A DNA stretch of 37,059 nt from a virus (Duplodnaviria > Caudoviricetes): the IMG/VR virus record IMGVR_UViG_3300037482_000251, positions 1-37,059 of that record; one strand, written 5' to 3'. Under the pieces are notes generated by a model, which saw only the letters and a program-made list of their open reading frames with translations, ran no database searches and was not told where the DNA came from. A program made the position numbers and the translations under genes. Positions 1 through 9,346 of this stretch are shown here, piece after piece. How positions within the stretch are numbered: the stretch's first letter is position 1; the number at the start of each line of letters is the position of its first letter.

Positions 1-127
1 ACCGCCAAGCTCTCGGCCGAAGCCGACAGCGAGATCGAGCGGCTGGTCAAGGATGGCCGCCTGCGCGCCGGGGGCAAGCAGGAAGCACTCGTCCGCAAGC
101 TGTACTCGACGAGCCCCGAGCTGGCCC
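1..127. repeat. 127-bp terminal duplication, copy 1 (circular assembly overlap)
   Basis: 1-127 is identical to 36933-37059; 127 is a common assembler k-mer length; an ORF reads through the join. Confidence 0.95.
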
Positions 128-399
128 GCGAGCAGGTGGCGGCGCTGGCGGAAGAGGAGCGCATCGCCCCGGTGGGCCCTCGCCAGAGCAACCCCGCGCA
201 CCAGGCCGGCGGCCAGCCCACCGATCCGACCTCGGGCGCCGGTGAGCCTGCCCCGTTCAACTTCCGTGCGGCTTTCGCCTCGCTGCCCGAGCACGTTCGC
301 CTGGCCGCCGGCAGCCACGCCAAGAACCCCGAGACTTTCATCAAGGCCAATCGCGCGACCCTCGCCGAGATGGGCCTGTCCATCCCGGACCACGTCTGA
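1..399 (+). CDS. C-terminal part of prohead protease/scaffold protein (continues from 36015)
   Basis: Frame 1 (TAKLSAEADSEIERLVKDGR...IPDHV*) is continuous with the frame starting at 36015; joined product is 438 aa. Confidence 0.85.
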   Translation, partial: TAKLSAEADSEIERLVKDGRLRAGGKQEALVRKLYSTSPELAREQVAALAEEERIAPVGPRQSNPAHQAGGQPTDPTSGAGEPAPFNFRAAFASLPEHVRLAAGSHAKNPETFIKANRATLAEMGLSIPDHV

Positions 400-403
400 T
401 CCC

Positions 404-436
404 AAACCCTCGACCGCCACGCAAGGGCAGTATCCA
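404..436 (+). promoter_or_regulatory. AAACC...GGGCAGTATCC promoter-like motif upstream of head genes
   Basis: AAACC at 404, TATCC at 431 (27 nt apart); same motif recurs at 3978, 6189, 12547, 33044, 34739 and 31329(-). Confidence 0.6.
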
Positions 437-450
437 CAGGAGAGACCACC

Positions 451-858
451 ATGGCAGCACTCACCGCCGATCGGACCGGCACCGTCCGCGAAAACCTCAC
501 CGAGCAGCAGCGGATGCCCGTTGCCGCTTCCACCACCATCTACAACGGCGCGCTCGTGAGCTTCGATGCAACGGGCTACCTGGTTCCCGCGGCCGATTCC
601 GCGGGCCAGGACGGGCTGGCGATCTACTACGCGCTCGAGGGCTGCGACAACAGCGCCGGCATCGCCGGTGAAAAGAGCTGCCTCGTGATGACCCGTGGCT
701 CCGCTCTGCTGGCCAAGGGCGTCATCGTGCAGGCGGATGCCGGCAAGATCGCGCACGCGGCCGATGATGGCACTCTGGCGCTCACCTCGACCAATAACCG
801 CCCCATCGGCAGGATCGCCCGCGTGGGCTCGACCACCGTGGCCGTACAGATCGGCTGA
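451..858 (+). CDS. Capsid decoration/cement protein (Mu-like phage type)
   Basis: AGGAG RBS; MAALTADR start and small beta-rich protein located between protease and major capsid gene. Confidence 0.7.
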   Translation: MAALTADRTGTVRENLTEQQRMPVAASTTIYNGALVSFDATGYLVPAADSAGQDGLAIYYALEGCDNSAGIAGEKSCLVMTRGSALLAKGVIVQADAGKIAHAADDGTLALTSTNNRPIGRIARVGSTTVAVQIG

Positions 859-908
859 TCGACATTCGGCGCCCCGGGTAACTACCGCCAAATCAGGAGC
901 ACAACACG

Positions 909-1907
909 ATGGCTTTCACGAATAAGCAGATCCTCGATGCCGCCACCATCCGGTGGGTGGCAGATTTCCAGGCCGGCATGGCGGAGGGCCTCGCCCGCAA
1001 GGCCGCCAACCTCGACCGGCTGGCCAGCACCGTCGAAGGTGCCACGGTCATCACCGACCCACTCTCCAAGGAGTCCCGGATCGTGTTCAAGGAGCACGAT
1101 CCCCGCCTCTTCCCCGACGAGGGCCAGGTAACTTTCACCGATCAGCCGATTCGGGAGATCTCCGTCAAGGCGGAGCACTTCCAGAAGGGCTGGGCCGAGG
1201 ACCTGGAGAACCTCCGCATGCCGCTGTACCTCGACCTGCATGGCCAGACCGCCAGCATGTCGGGCATGGATGTGATGCGCGAGAAGTACCGCACGCTGTG
1301 GCAGCGGCTGCTCGAGGGCGACACCGCCACCTATGGGACGGCCTACGACGGCCAGTTCATGTTCGACACGGATCATCCGGGCGCGCTGGCCGATGGTACC
1401 TCGACGACCTACGCCAACCTTTTCGATCTCGCCCTGTCCGAGACGAACCTGGCGACGGTCGTGACCACGATGCTCGACTACCGCAACGTTTTCGGCGCGG
1501 AGTACGGCAACGAGATCGAGACCGGCGAGATGATGAATCCGCAGGGCTCCCGCGACGAGCGCCAGGTGCTGCCGCCCACGTTCCATCTGTACGTGGGCAA
1601 CAAGAACTGGAAGACCGCGCAGGACCTGGCCGCGATGGCCAAGAGCGACCCGAGCGCGTTTGCCGGCAACTTCACCTTCAGCACCGAACCGTTCATCACT
1701 GGTGCGGATGACGATTACTGGTTTGTCCAGTTCTACGACCCGCGCCGGCGCCCCATCGCCCATATCGACGGCGGCAGCACGCTGATCCCGAGCGTGGGCT
1801 ACGACACCGAGGCCGGGCGCCTGGCCCGCCGCGCCGAGTGGGTGGTGCGCGCCACCTGGGGCCACTCCTACAAGGACTGGCACTGCATGGCCATGTGCCG
1901 CCAGTAA
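909..1907 (+). CDS. Major capsid protein, Mu gpT-like
   Basis: YDGQFMFDTDHP matches the Mu gpT-family YDGQxFFDTDHP motif; 332 aa; AGGAG RBS; synteny. Confidence 0.9.
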   Translation: MAFTNKQILDAATIRWVADFQAGMAEGLARKAANLDRLASTVEGATVITDPLSKESRIVFKEHDPRLFPDEGQVTFTDQPIREISVKAEHFQKGWAEDLENLRMPLYLDLHGQTASMSGMDVMREKYRTLWQRLLEGDTATYGTAYDGQFMFDTDHPGALADGTSTTYANLFDLALSETNLATVVTTMLDYRNVFGAEYGNEIETGEMMNPQGSRDERQVLPPTFHLYVGNKNWKTAQDLAAMAKSDPSAFAGNFTFSTEPFITGADDDYWFVQFYDPRRRPIAHIDGGSTLIPSVGYDTEAGRLARRAEWVVRATWGHSYKDWHCMAMCRQ

Positions 1908-1937
1908 TCCAGCCTTCCACCCCAGAAAGGATCCATT

Positions 1938-2444
1938 ATGCCGCAACTGCTCACCGTCACGTGCACCAAGCCCGGGTTCCGCCGATACGGCCGCGCCTGG
2001 GACATCTCGACCCTTGTCGAGGTCTCCGAGGATTCCCGCGAGCTGAGCAAGGGCAGCCCCGCGAGCTGCGCCATCACGCGCAAGGACCTCACCGATCTGC
2101 GATGGCTGATCACGACCCCGAATTGTCCCCTCGGGCTCCAGGACGCCAGCAAGGCCCAGGCCGAGCTGGGCGGGCTCCAGGCGGAGGCCGATGCCGTTCG
2201 CAAGGAGATCACCGAGCTGCGCAAGCGGCAGGGTGCTGAGGCGGAGAAGCTGGCGATGCTCCGCGCCGAGGCCGAGGACCTGGCGAAGGAGAACGAGAAG
2301 CTGAACCGCCAGCTCGCGGAAGCGAACGACCGGGTCAAGGCCGCCGAGGCCGCCGCCGCCGATGCGCATGAACGCTACGAGGACGCCAAGGCCGCCACCG
2401 CGGAGATCAACGGCACCGGCCGCAAGCGCGCCAACAAGGGGTAA
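1938..2444 (+). CDS. Mu gp35/HI1506-like protein with coiled-coil C-terminus
   Basis: VTCTKPGFRRYGRAW resembles the GFRRxG motif of HI1506-like proteins that follow Mu-like capsid genes. Confidence 0.6.
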   Translation: MPQLLTVTCTKPGFRRYGRAWDISTLVEVSEDSRELSKGSPASCAITRKDLTDLRWLITTPNCPLGLQDASKAQAELGGLQAEADAVRKEITELRKRQGAEAEKLAMLRAEAEDLAKENEKLNRQLAEANDRVKAAEAAAADAHERYEDAKAATAEINGTGRKRANKG

Positions 2445-2447
2445 TCC

Positions 2448-2891
2448 ATGCCCGTTGCCACGCGCGCAGACCTGGAAGCCGTGCGCGGGCCGCGCTATAT
2501 CGTCGAGCTGCTCGAGGATGGCGCGGACCTTGCGGCGACCCTGGCCGAGCAGGACGCACAAGCGGCGGCCCGGTTGGCGGAAGCCCTGCAGGCAGGTGAT
2601 GATCTCCTGTCACAATTCCTGCCAATTCAAACGCTCACCTCAAGTGATCCCAGGTGGAACACTCTGCGGCGCCTGGCCGTCGATGAGTCGCTGTATTTTC
2701 TCCAGTGCAACCGCACGACTCCGGCCGACGAAGGCGCGGAGATGCGCGCGCAGATTCGGCGCAGCGACCTTGCCCATATGCGCAAGCGCGAGCAATGGCC
2801 GGGGACGGCAGAGGGCCAGGTTTCCACGCGATCTCAGATCGTGGAGTCATCGAGTGCATTTGCATCGTCCAAGCTGATCGGATTGATCTGA
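2448..2891 (+). CDS. Head-tail connector, Mu gp36-like (DUF1320-like)
   Basis: ATRADL start, helical 147 aa, synteny. Confidence 0.65.
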   Translation: MPVATRADLEAVRGPRYIVELLEDGADLAATLAEQDAQAAARLAEALQAGDDLLSQFLPIQTLTSSDPRWNTLRRLAVDESLYFLQCNRTTPADEGAEMRAQIRRSDLAHMRKREQWPGTAEGQVSTRSQIVESSSAFASSKLIGLI

Positions 2892-3394
2892 TGCCGGTCG
2901 AGGCTACGATCGACCTCAAGGATTTCGAAGATGGGCTGTTTGGCCTATCCCGCGCAGCCACTGCGCAGAAAAAGGAATTCTGGAAGGAGGCCAAGCCCGT
3001 GCTCAAGCGTGACCTTGCCGAGCACGGCAAGCTCCGCGAGGGCCCCGCGGGTTCCTGGCCCGGAGCATCGCAGGCCACGAAGGAAGCCCTTGCACGCCAG
3101 CGGGACAAAGGCGGCCGGTTCAAGGCCGGCGGGCGTGAGGGCAAGTCCAGGGGACCACGCAAGAGCGCCGGTAACCTGGGCAAGCTGACGCGCGCGTGGA
3201 AGAGCTTCCAGAACGCTGACGGGATCACGCTGCGCAACATGGTGGCGTGGGCATCCGTGCATAACGACGGCGGCCGGGCCGGCAAGGCCAACATACCAAA
3301 GCGGCAATTTGCCTGGTTCTCGAAGGATGTCGAGGCCGACATCACCGAGCGCTGGGCATCCCATGTTGCCGAAGGGTGGGACAAGTCCAAATGA
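2891..3394 (+). CDS. Virion morphogenesis protein, Mu gpG-like
   Basis: WASVHNDGG...IPKRQF resembles the YAxxHxxGG...IPxRPF family motif; ATG overlaps upstream TGA. Confidence 0.7.
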   Translation: MPVEATIDLKDFEDGLFGLSRAATAQKKEFWKEAKPVLKRDLAEHGKLREGPAGSWPGASQATKEALARQRDKGGRFKAGGREGKSRGPRKSAGNLGKLTRAWKSFQNADGITLRNMVAWASVHNDGGRAGKANIPKRQFAWFSKDVEADITERWASHVAEGWDKSK

Positions 3395-4035
3395 CCGCAA
3401 CATTCGAATACGACAACGGCGGCACGGACGACATCTTTTCCCAGGTGGCGGATGGATACATCTCGCTTCTGTCCCCTCTGCATGTTGAAGCCGGGGAGGC
3501 CGCCACGCTGCGCGGTCCGTACCTGAAGACGCTTGCTGATATTCCGGGGCCCATCAACAGCGCCGAGGCTATCGACGCGATTCGAAGCGAGTACCTCAAG
3601 AACCTGCCGGGCATGTACGTGTTCCTGCAATCGGGCAACGTACTGGCCCGACAATTCAACGTGATTGACTGGCAATTCTCCGTCACTGTGTATGCGGTCT
3701 CGGGGCACGGCGGAAACCTGGTCTACGGCAGGTTGCGCACGCGCGCCAACGACACACGAAACGACCCGGGCGTGTACACGATGCTCCATCACGCGCAGGA
3801 GCTGCTGCACAACCAGGCACCCCCATGCCCGGCATCGGTAAGCTCGGTTCGCGTCGAGTCGGTGGATCATGTCGTGTTCTACCAGGGCATGACGATCTGG
3901 GCGATTCCCACAACCTTGCGGGTGAGCCAGAAGATCAACCCGTCCCGCGGCAGCGAGATCCTGGAAGAGGTACGCGCAAACCACGATGTGGATGGCGTGG
4001 GCAGTATCCAGCAGCAGAGGAGAACCCTTCTGTGA
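3391..4035 (+). CDS. Tail terminator/neck protein, Mu gp37-like
   Basis: ATGA coupling to upstream gene; position before sheath; called mainly by synteny. Confidence 0.55.
   Translation: MTATFEYDNGGTDDIFSQVADGYISLLSPLHVEAGEAATLRGPYLKTLADIPGPINSAEAIDAIRSEYLKNLPGMYVFLQSGNVLARQFNVIDWQFSVTVYAVSGHGGNLVYGRLRTRANDTRNDPGVYTMLHHAQELLHNQAPPCPASVSSVRVESVDHVVFYQGMTIWAIPTTLRVSQKINPSRGSEILEEVRANHDVDGVGSIQQQRRTLL
3978..4010 (+). promoter_or_regulatory. AAACCAC...GGGCAGTATCC promoter-like motif inside the 3' end of the gp37-like gene
   Basis: AAACC at 3978, TATCC at 4005; lies ahead of the GAGGAG RBS of the gp38-like/sheath genes. Confidence 0.6.
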
Positions 4036-4238
4036 AGCACTACAAAACCGCACCCGGCCAGCGCATGCGCGTGGACGGTGTCATGGTGGACGACCGTCCA
4101 GCCGGCACCGCGCTGCGCGCGTCGAGCGCTGTGGCCGAGCATGTTCGACTCGGGCGCCTTTTCGAGGTGCCGCCCAGCGCTCCGCTCGAGGAGCCCAAGC
4201 CCGCGCCCGCGAAGCGGCGCAAGGACGGTGATGCATGA
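4032..4238 (+). CDS. Small pre-sheath protein, Mu gp38-like
   Basis: GTG start with GAGGAG RBS; 68 aa; overlaps the sheath start (ATGA). Confidence 0.6.
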   Translation: MKHYKTAPGQRMRVDGVMVDDRPAGTALRASSAVAEHVRLGRLFEVPPSAPLEEPKPAPAKRRKDGDA

Positions 4239-5755
4239 CTTTCATTCCTGGCAGTGATCGAATCCCCGGCATCGGCCAGCGTGTCGTGCTGCAGCGCAGC
4301 CCGGGCGCACCTGGCGTCGATCGCAAGGTCCTCCTGATTGGCTACCGGCTGAGCACGGCTTCCGACCAGGACGACGACACCGCGGTGCGCGTGCGAAATC
4401 GCAATGATGCGATTGCTATCGGCGGCGCGGGCTCGATGCTCGACCTGATGGCCGCTGGTGCTTTCGAGGCCGGACGGCTGGCCCTCACCGATGATGCTGT
4501 CGTGGGCGCAGTGCCCGAGATCTACGTCATGCCCATCGCCGAGCCTGCCGAGGTTGGCGACCTGGCCGCAGAATACACGCTCACGCTTGCCGGCACGGCC
4601 ACCGCGGCGGGCACGCTGACCGCATACGTGCACGGCCGCGCCGTGACCGTGTCCGTGCTCGCTGGCGACCTGGCCGCAGACGTGGCCGCCCGCGTCGAGA
4701 CCGCCCTGGCGCTGCCCGCGCCGGATCTGTTCTACACGTTCAGCCGCTCGGGCGCGGTGCATACCTTCACCTGCCGCCACAAGGGTACGGCGGGCAATCA
4801 GCTCGTGGTCTGGGCCGACGTACGCAACGCGCCGGGCATCACCGCTGCCAGCGCGCAGACCGTGGTGGGCGTGGGTGATGTGGACCTGTCCACCGCGCTT
4901 TCCGCCTCGCTCGCGATCGACTTCGATATGGTCGCGTTGCCCCAGAGCGACAGCACGACCCGGGATGCGCTCGTCGCGCATGTCACGGCAGCGTGGCGGT
5001 ACGATGTGGCTCGGTACCAGATCCCGGTCTTCCCGGGCGCGGGCACTGTGTCCACGGCGCAGACTGATGCACTTGCGCTCACGCATTGGCGCGTGACGCT
5101 GCCGCATGCCGAGAAGGTGGCCGGTGTGACCTTCGCGCTGGATCCCAAGAGCAGCGCGTCCAAGCTCTCGTTCGTGCTCGGCGCCGAGTACGCATCGCGG
5201 ATGATGAGCCAGCGCGCGCCCAACTTCAACTTCAACGGCGCCAGCCTGCCGGGTGGCGGGCGCCCGTCGAACCTGGATCGGGATGTCCTCAATGACACGC
5301 TCTCGGCTGGCGTGGCCGAGGTCATCGAGGACGTGAACCGGCCCGGGCTCTCCAAGATCGTGGACCCGATCACGACGGCCTCCACGGACCAGACCGGCGC
5401 GACCAGTGCGACCGATTACACGTGGGCGCCGATCGAGATTCCGAAGACGGTCGCCTACATCCTCCGGCAGATGGACATTGCGCTGGCCAAGTTCTCCCAG
5501 GCCCAGGCCGACGAGACCACGCGGATCAGCATCAAGGCCGCTGCCCTGCGCGTGCTGCGCCAGGCGGAGATCGACAAGTACATCACCGGCGCCCCTGGCC
5601 CGGATGGCTTCTCGACCAAGATCGACAATACCGCGGTAACGGTGCAGTTCGAGATCGCGGAGGGCAAGACGGTTGCCAACGTGGAGCTCGATTACGCGGT
5701 AATCACCGGCCTCGACCAGGTGGCCGTGACCCACAACGTGAGCCGGGCACTCTGA
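4235..5755 (+). CDS. Contractile tail sheath protein, Mu gpL-like
   Basis: KVLLIG, GAGSMLDLM and RHKGTAGNQL motifs of Mu-like sheath proteins; 506 aa. Confidence 0.9.
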   Translation: MTFIPGSDRIPGIGQRVVLQRSPGAPGVDRKVLLIGYRLSTASDQDDDTAVRVRNRNDAIAIGGAGSMLDLMAAGAFEAGRLALTDDAVVGAVPEIYVMPIAEPAEVGDLAAEYTLTLAGTATAAGTLTAYVHGRAVTVSVLAGDLAADVAARVETALALPAPDLFYTFSRSGAVHTFTCRHKGTAGNQLVVWADVRNAPGITAASAQTVVGVGDVDLSTALSASLAIDFDMVALPQSDSTTRDALVAHVTAAWRYDVARYQIPVFPGAGTVSTAQTDALALTHWRVTLPHAEKVAGVTFALDPKSSASKLSFVLGAEYASRMMSQRAPNFNFNGASLPGGGRPSNLDRDVLNDTLSAGVAEVIEDVNRPGLSKIVDPITTASTDQTGATSATDYTWAPIEIPKTVAYILRQMDIALAKFSQAQADETTRISIKAAALRVLRQAEIDKYITGAPGPDGFSTKIDNTAVTVQFEIAEGKTVANVELDYAVITGLDQVAVTHNVSRAL

Positions 5756-5773
5756 GCCCAAGGAGCATGATCG

Positions 5774-6184
5774 ATGTCCATCGGCAACGACAATCCGAAC
5801 CCCATCTCTGATGGGGCGCAATTCTTCCTGACCGACTCGGCAGGCTTCCGGCAGCTCTTCCAGATCAAGAGCGCTGATCCCCAGATGCAGGGCGGCGTGA
5901 CCGAGGAAGTGGGCGCGGGTGGCGTGCTGGGCTCCAAGCGACAGGCCGGCGGGTTCACCATCTCGGCGGTCTCGGTCGTGTCCCGCGGCGTGGCCGACGA
6001 GGCCGACTGGGACGGGCTACGCGACGATGACGAGTTCGTGACGTTCGAGATTCAGTACGTGGGCAACGCGCGCCACGTCTTCGAGAACACCCGCATCAGC
6101 ACCGTGAACACGACTGCCGGCGAAGATGGCACCGTGACCCGCAACATCGCGATGTACGCCCCGCGGCGCAACATCGTGAGCTGA
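5774..6184 (+). CDS. Tail tube protein
   Basis: 136 aa beta-rich protein directly after sheath; AAGGAG RBS. Confidence 0.75.
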   Translation: MSIGNDNPNPISDGAQFFLTDSAGFRQLFQIKSADPQMQGGVTEEVGAGGVLGSKRQAGGFTISAVSVVSRGVADEADWDGLRDDDEFVTFEIQYVGNARHVFENTRISTVNTTAGEDGTVTRNIAMYAPRRNIVS

Positions 6185-6188
6185 CCCT

Positions 6189-6227
6189 AAACCACCGCCA
6201 GCCATGCCCCGGGCGGTAGTCCAGGGC
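6189..6227 (+). promoter_or_regulatory. AAACC-N23-TAGTCC motif, 39 nt before ATG 6228
   Basis: Same geometry as the copies at 12547, 33044 and 31329(-). Confidence 0.65.
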
Positions 6228-6809
6228 ATGGCGCCTAACACTCTCCTGCTCGCGCTCCACGCGCAAAAGAAGCCCCGCAAATTCACGTGCCCGCGCACCG
6301 GCCTCGAGCTGGAAGCGCGCTTTCTTCCCGGCCCCGAGGTGCGCGCAGCCCAGGCCACCGCCGCCAAGGAGTGGGGGGACCGCAAGATCGCCACTGCGCT
6401 CGACCAGGCTGCGTATCTCAACGTGCACATGGAGCACCAGATCGCGGTGGCCATCTTTCACGACGGCTCCCCGATTGGCCTGGAGGCCGCGCAGGAACTC
6501 GACGACCGCACCAAGGAGCGGTATGCGTCCGAGGCCCAGGCGCTCGAGGACGAGCTCAACCCGCCCATGGAGAGTTGGACCGATGAGCAATTCGAGCAGC
6601 TCGTCGAAGACGTGAAAAAAAAAGAGGATGCGCTCGCGGGGCACTTGAGGAGTTTCGACGCTCCCACGCTGATCGCCTTTATTTTTTATTTGGGCGCCCG
6701 GCTCTCGAGCTTCGAGACATCGACCTTGCCTTCGAGTTCCTCTTCGACTCCCAGCGAGGACAGCCCGGACCCGGAAACCAGCCGGCCAGCGGGGCAGATC
6801 TGCGCGTGA
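6228..6809 (+). CDS. Tail assembly chaperone (0-frame product)
   Basis: Between tube and tape measure genes; contains an A9 slippery run at 6615-6623; start 6228 chosen from motif geometry (track start 6204 is in frame). Confidence 0.75.
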   Translation: MAPNTLLLALHAQKKPRKFTCPRTGLELEARFLPGPEVRAAQATAAKEWGDRKIATALDQAAYLNVHMEHQIAVAIFHDGSPIGLEAAQELDDRTKERYASEAQALEDELNPPMESWTDEQFEQLVEDVKKKEDALAGHLRSFDAPTLIAFIFYLGARLSSFETSTLPSSSSSTPSEDSPDPETSRPAGQICA

Positions 6810-6931
6810 TCAATAACGACTGGAACCCGAACCGGGCGCCAGATCGCGACTACGTGGCCGAGCGGCGCAAGGCCCGGGCCGCAAAGCTGAACCCCCCGCC
6901 CAAGCCAGGGCGCAGGGCGAAGATGTTTTAG
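6623..6931 (+). CDS. -1 frameshift extension of tail assembly chaperone (GT-like)
   Basis: -1 frame is open from the A9 run (RGCARGALEEFRRSHADRLYFLFGRPALELRDIDL...AKMF*) to TAG at 6929-6931, 8 nt before the tape measure ATG. Confidence 0.75.
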   Translation, partial: RGCARGALEEFRRSHADRLYFLFGRPALELRDIDLAFEFLFDSQRGQPGPGNQPASGADLRVINNDWNPNRAPDRDYVAERRKARAAKLNPPPKPGRRAKMF

Positions 6932-6939
6932 GGGGCACC

Positions 6940-9339
6940 ATGGGCCGCGCGCTCGATCTCATCCTCGGTGTAAATAACCGCAAGCTGAAGCGAGAGCTAC
7001 GCCAGTCACACGGCGAGGTTCTCAGCTTCGGCAAGAGCGCGTCGGCCTCGCTCCGCAATGCGTTCTCGGCGGGCTTGGGCAGCTTTGCAGGCATCGGCTC
7101 TGCCGTGGGCCTGGCTGCCCTGGGCAAGAGCGTACTCGGCACCGAGGAAAAGCTGACGCGCCTGGGCATTCAGGCCGGCATGAGCCAGGCCAAGCTCGAC
7201 GGCGTGCGCAAAGTGGCGGTGGGCGTGGGGCGCGAGTTCGGCTTGACGACTGACATGGTTGTCGATGCGGGCACTGCGCTTATCAACCTCGAAGGCGAGG
7301 CCGGATTCAGCGCGGAGAAAATGCGCGTGCTGGCAAAGGCCAGCGTGGCTACCGGCGCGAGCATGAATGACCTTGCCGGTATCGGCTTTGCTCTGAAAAA
7401 CGCCTTCAACATCAAGGAGGCTGACGAGCTGGAGCAAGCGCTCTCCGCCGTCACGGCCGCGGGCAAGCAGGGCTCGGTGCCGCTCAACGAGATGGGCACG
7501 GTCCTGCAGCAGATCGCTACCAAGTTCGGCCGGGTTTCGGCAGCGGGCAAGGAAGGTGCCGCGGATCTCAGTGCTGCGATCCAGGTTGCCCGCGCAGGCT
7601 TTGGCAGCGCTGCCGAGGTAGGCACCGGCATCAAGGCGTTTATCGATCAGCTCGACCAGGCCGGCCCCAAGCTCACCGCCTACGGCATCCGCACGACCAA
7701 GATGGGCAAGGACGGCAAGGAGCAGCTCCTGCCCCTGCGCGACATCATCGAGCAGATTGGTGCATCCCGCCTCATGAACGGCAGGGGCTCAAACTTTCGC
7801 ATGACGCAGGTGTTCGGCTCCAGCGAGGCGCGGCAATTCCTGACCACGCTCAACGACAACAAGGCGGCCTTTGAGGAGCTATCCGAAGCCGCCCGCAACG
7901 CCAATGACGTGCAGGCCGACAGCCAGGCATACCTATCCAGCACCGCGGGCCGCATGAAGATGGCTATCGCGAACGCGCGTACGGAGATGGAAAGCCTCGT
8001 CACCCCAGAGAGGCTAGAGAAGTTCGTCGGCATCGTGACCGACAAGCTCGTGCCCGGGCTGGAATGGGCCGTGGACCATGCAGAAGAGCTGGCGGCCGTG
8101 TTCGCCGGCATCAAGATCGCCCAGGCCAGCAAGGCTGTGTTCGGCCTCGCCGGCGGCATGGCCAAGGCTGCGAGCGAGGCCGGCGGCATGGCGGGGATGC
8201 TGGGCAAGGTCGGCGGCGGTGCGGGCGGTGTTCTGCGCTCGCTGCTCGGGTGGGCGGGGCCTATCGGCCTGGCTGGCGCCGCTGCGTGGGGGCTATACGA
8301 GGCATTCAAGGGCAGCCGCAAAGAGGCCGAGGGGCTCACCAGCGAGCAGCTCAAGCAGGCCGAGCTATCGGGCAAGCTGGCCAAGGGGAGCCAGTTCGAC
8401 CCGACCGGCGAAGCGGCCACGGCCAAGGCCCGCGCCGATGCCTTGCGAAAGGAGGCGAAGGCATCAAACGCGCTGCTCTTCTCCGATGACCTGGGCGACC
8501 GGATCGAGAAGGAGCGCAGGCGCACCTACCAGATCCGCGGCGTGGAGGGCATGGAGACCCGGACGCGCGGCACGCTCACCGATGAGGATGTTGCCCGGAC
8601 AAAGGAACTCGTCGAGGCATTCCGCACGAACCGCGGTGTGCTCTCCGGCGAAGAGAGCAGCGAGCTGGAAGCGCTGCTCAAGAAGGCCGGTATCAGCAAG
8701 GGCCCGCTCCGCGCCGGTGCCCAGGGCATCGAGGCCGAGAAGGAAGCCGCCAAGCTCGAGGCCAAGGCCACCGCGATCAGCGAGCTGGAGCGGCTGCGAT
8801 TCGGCCAGGAGAAATTCAGCGCGCGCGGCGTGGACGTGGGGGCGCTGGCCGCGGGCGCCGGACTCACTGGCGAGGCCGCCCAGCAGTTCCAGGAGGAATT
8901 CCTGTCCCGCGCCGGTGCCGAGACCAGCGGGGCATTGCGCATCAATGAGACCAAGAACCGCCGCGGCAGGGTAACCGGACGATCGTTATCGCTCCAGCGC
9001 TCTGAGCTGGCAGTGGGCGAGGATGGCCGCATCGAGCGCAGGACGACCGAGGTCAATCCCCTGAGCATTGAGGGTGCAGCCGCGGGAAGCCAGGCCGTGA
9101 TCGGCGCGCTTCTCGGGGCCATGAAGGCCGCGCGCACCGCTGGCGACGTGCGGCGGCGCGAAGAGGCCGCGTCATCCTCCGCTGCGCTCAAGGAGGCGCT
9201 TGCATCGAGCGAGCATGCCCAGGTTTTGCGCGAGGCCATGACATCCGCGATCGGCGCTATCACGTTCTCGATCGACGGCAACGCGGTCTTCTCGGCAGTA
9301 CAGAACACCCCAGCGAACGGCCGCACGCCGGCCCAGTGA
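6940..9339 (+). CDS. Tail tape measure protein
   Basis: 799 aa, Ala/Gly-rich and helical, TP901-like core; follows the chaperone. Confidence 0.9.
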   Translation: MGRALDLILGVNNRKLKRELRQSHGEVLSFGKSASASLRNAFSAGLGSFAGIGSAVGLAALGKSVLGTEEKLTRLGIQAGMSQAKLDGVRKVAVGVGREFGLTTDMVVDAGTALINLEGEAGFSAEKMRVLAKASVATGASMNDLAGIGFALKNAFNIKEADELEQALSAVTAAGKQGSVPLNEMGTVLQQIATKFGRVSAAGKEGAADLSAAIQVARAGFGSAAEVGTGIKAFIDQLDQAGPKLTAYGIRTTKMGKDGKEQLLPLRDIIEQIGASRLMNGRGSNFRMTQVFGSSEARQFLTTLNDNKAAFEELSEAARNANDVQADSQAYLSSTAGRMKMAIANARTEMESLVTPERLEKFVGIVTDKLVPGLEWAVDHAEELAAVFAGIKIAQASKAVFGLAGGMAKAASEAGGMAGMLGKVGGGAGGVLRSLLGWAGPIGLAGAAAWGLYEAFKGSRKEAEGLTSEQLKQAELSGKLAKGSQFDPTGEAATAKARADALRKEAKASNALLFSDDLGDRIEKERRRTYQIRGVEGMETRTRGTLTDEDVARTKELVEAFRTNRGVLSGEESSELEALLKKAGISKGPLRAGAQGIEAEKEAAKLEAKATAISELERLRFGQEKFSARGVDVGALAAGAGLTGEAAQQFQEEFLSRAGAETSGALRINETKNRRGRVTGRSLSLQRSELAVGEDGRIERRTTEVNPLSIEGAAAGSQAVIGALLGAMKAARTAGDVRRREEAASSSAALKEALASSEHAQVLREAMTSAIGAITFSIDGNAVFSAVQNTPANGRTPAQ

Positions 9340-9346
9340 GGAACGC

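Noticed and set aside
1-127. Biological direct terminal repeat or att site
   Set aside because: Exactly 127 bp, falls mid-gene and matches a standard assembler k-mer length; best explained as circular overlap.
882-9326. Long minus-strand ORFs (882-2561, 2635-4053, 4040-5821, 7680-8525, 8526-9326)
   Set aside because: Antisense shadows of well-supported structural genes; expected in high-GC DNA; no recognisable motifs.
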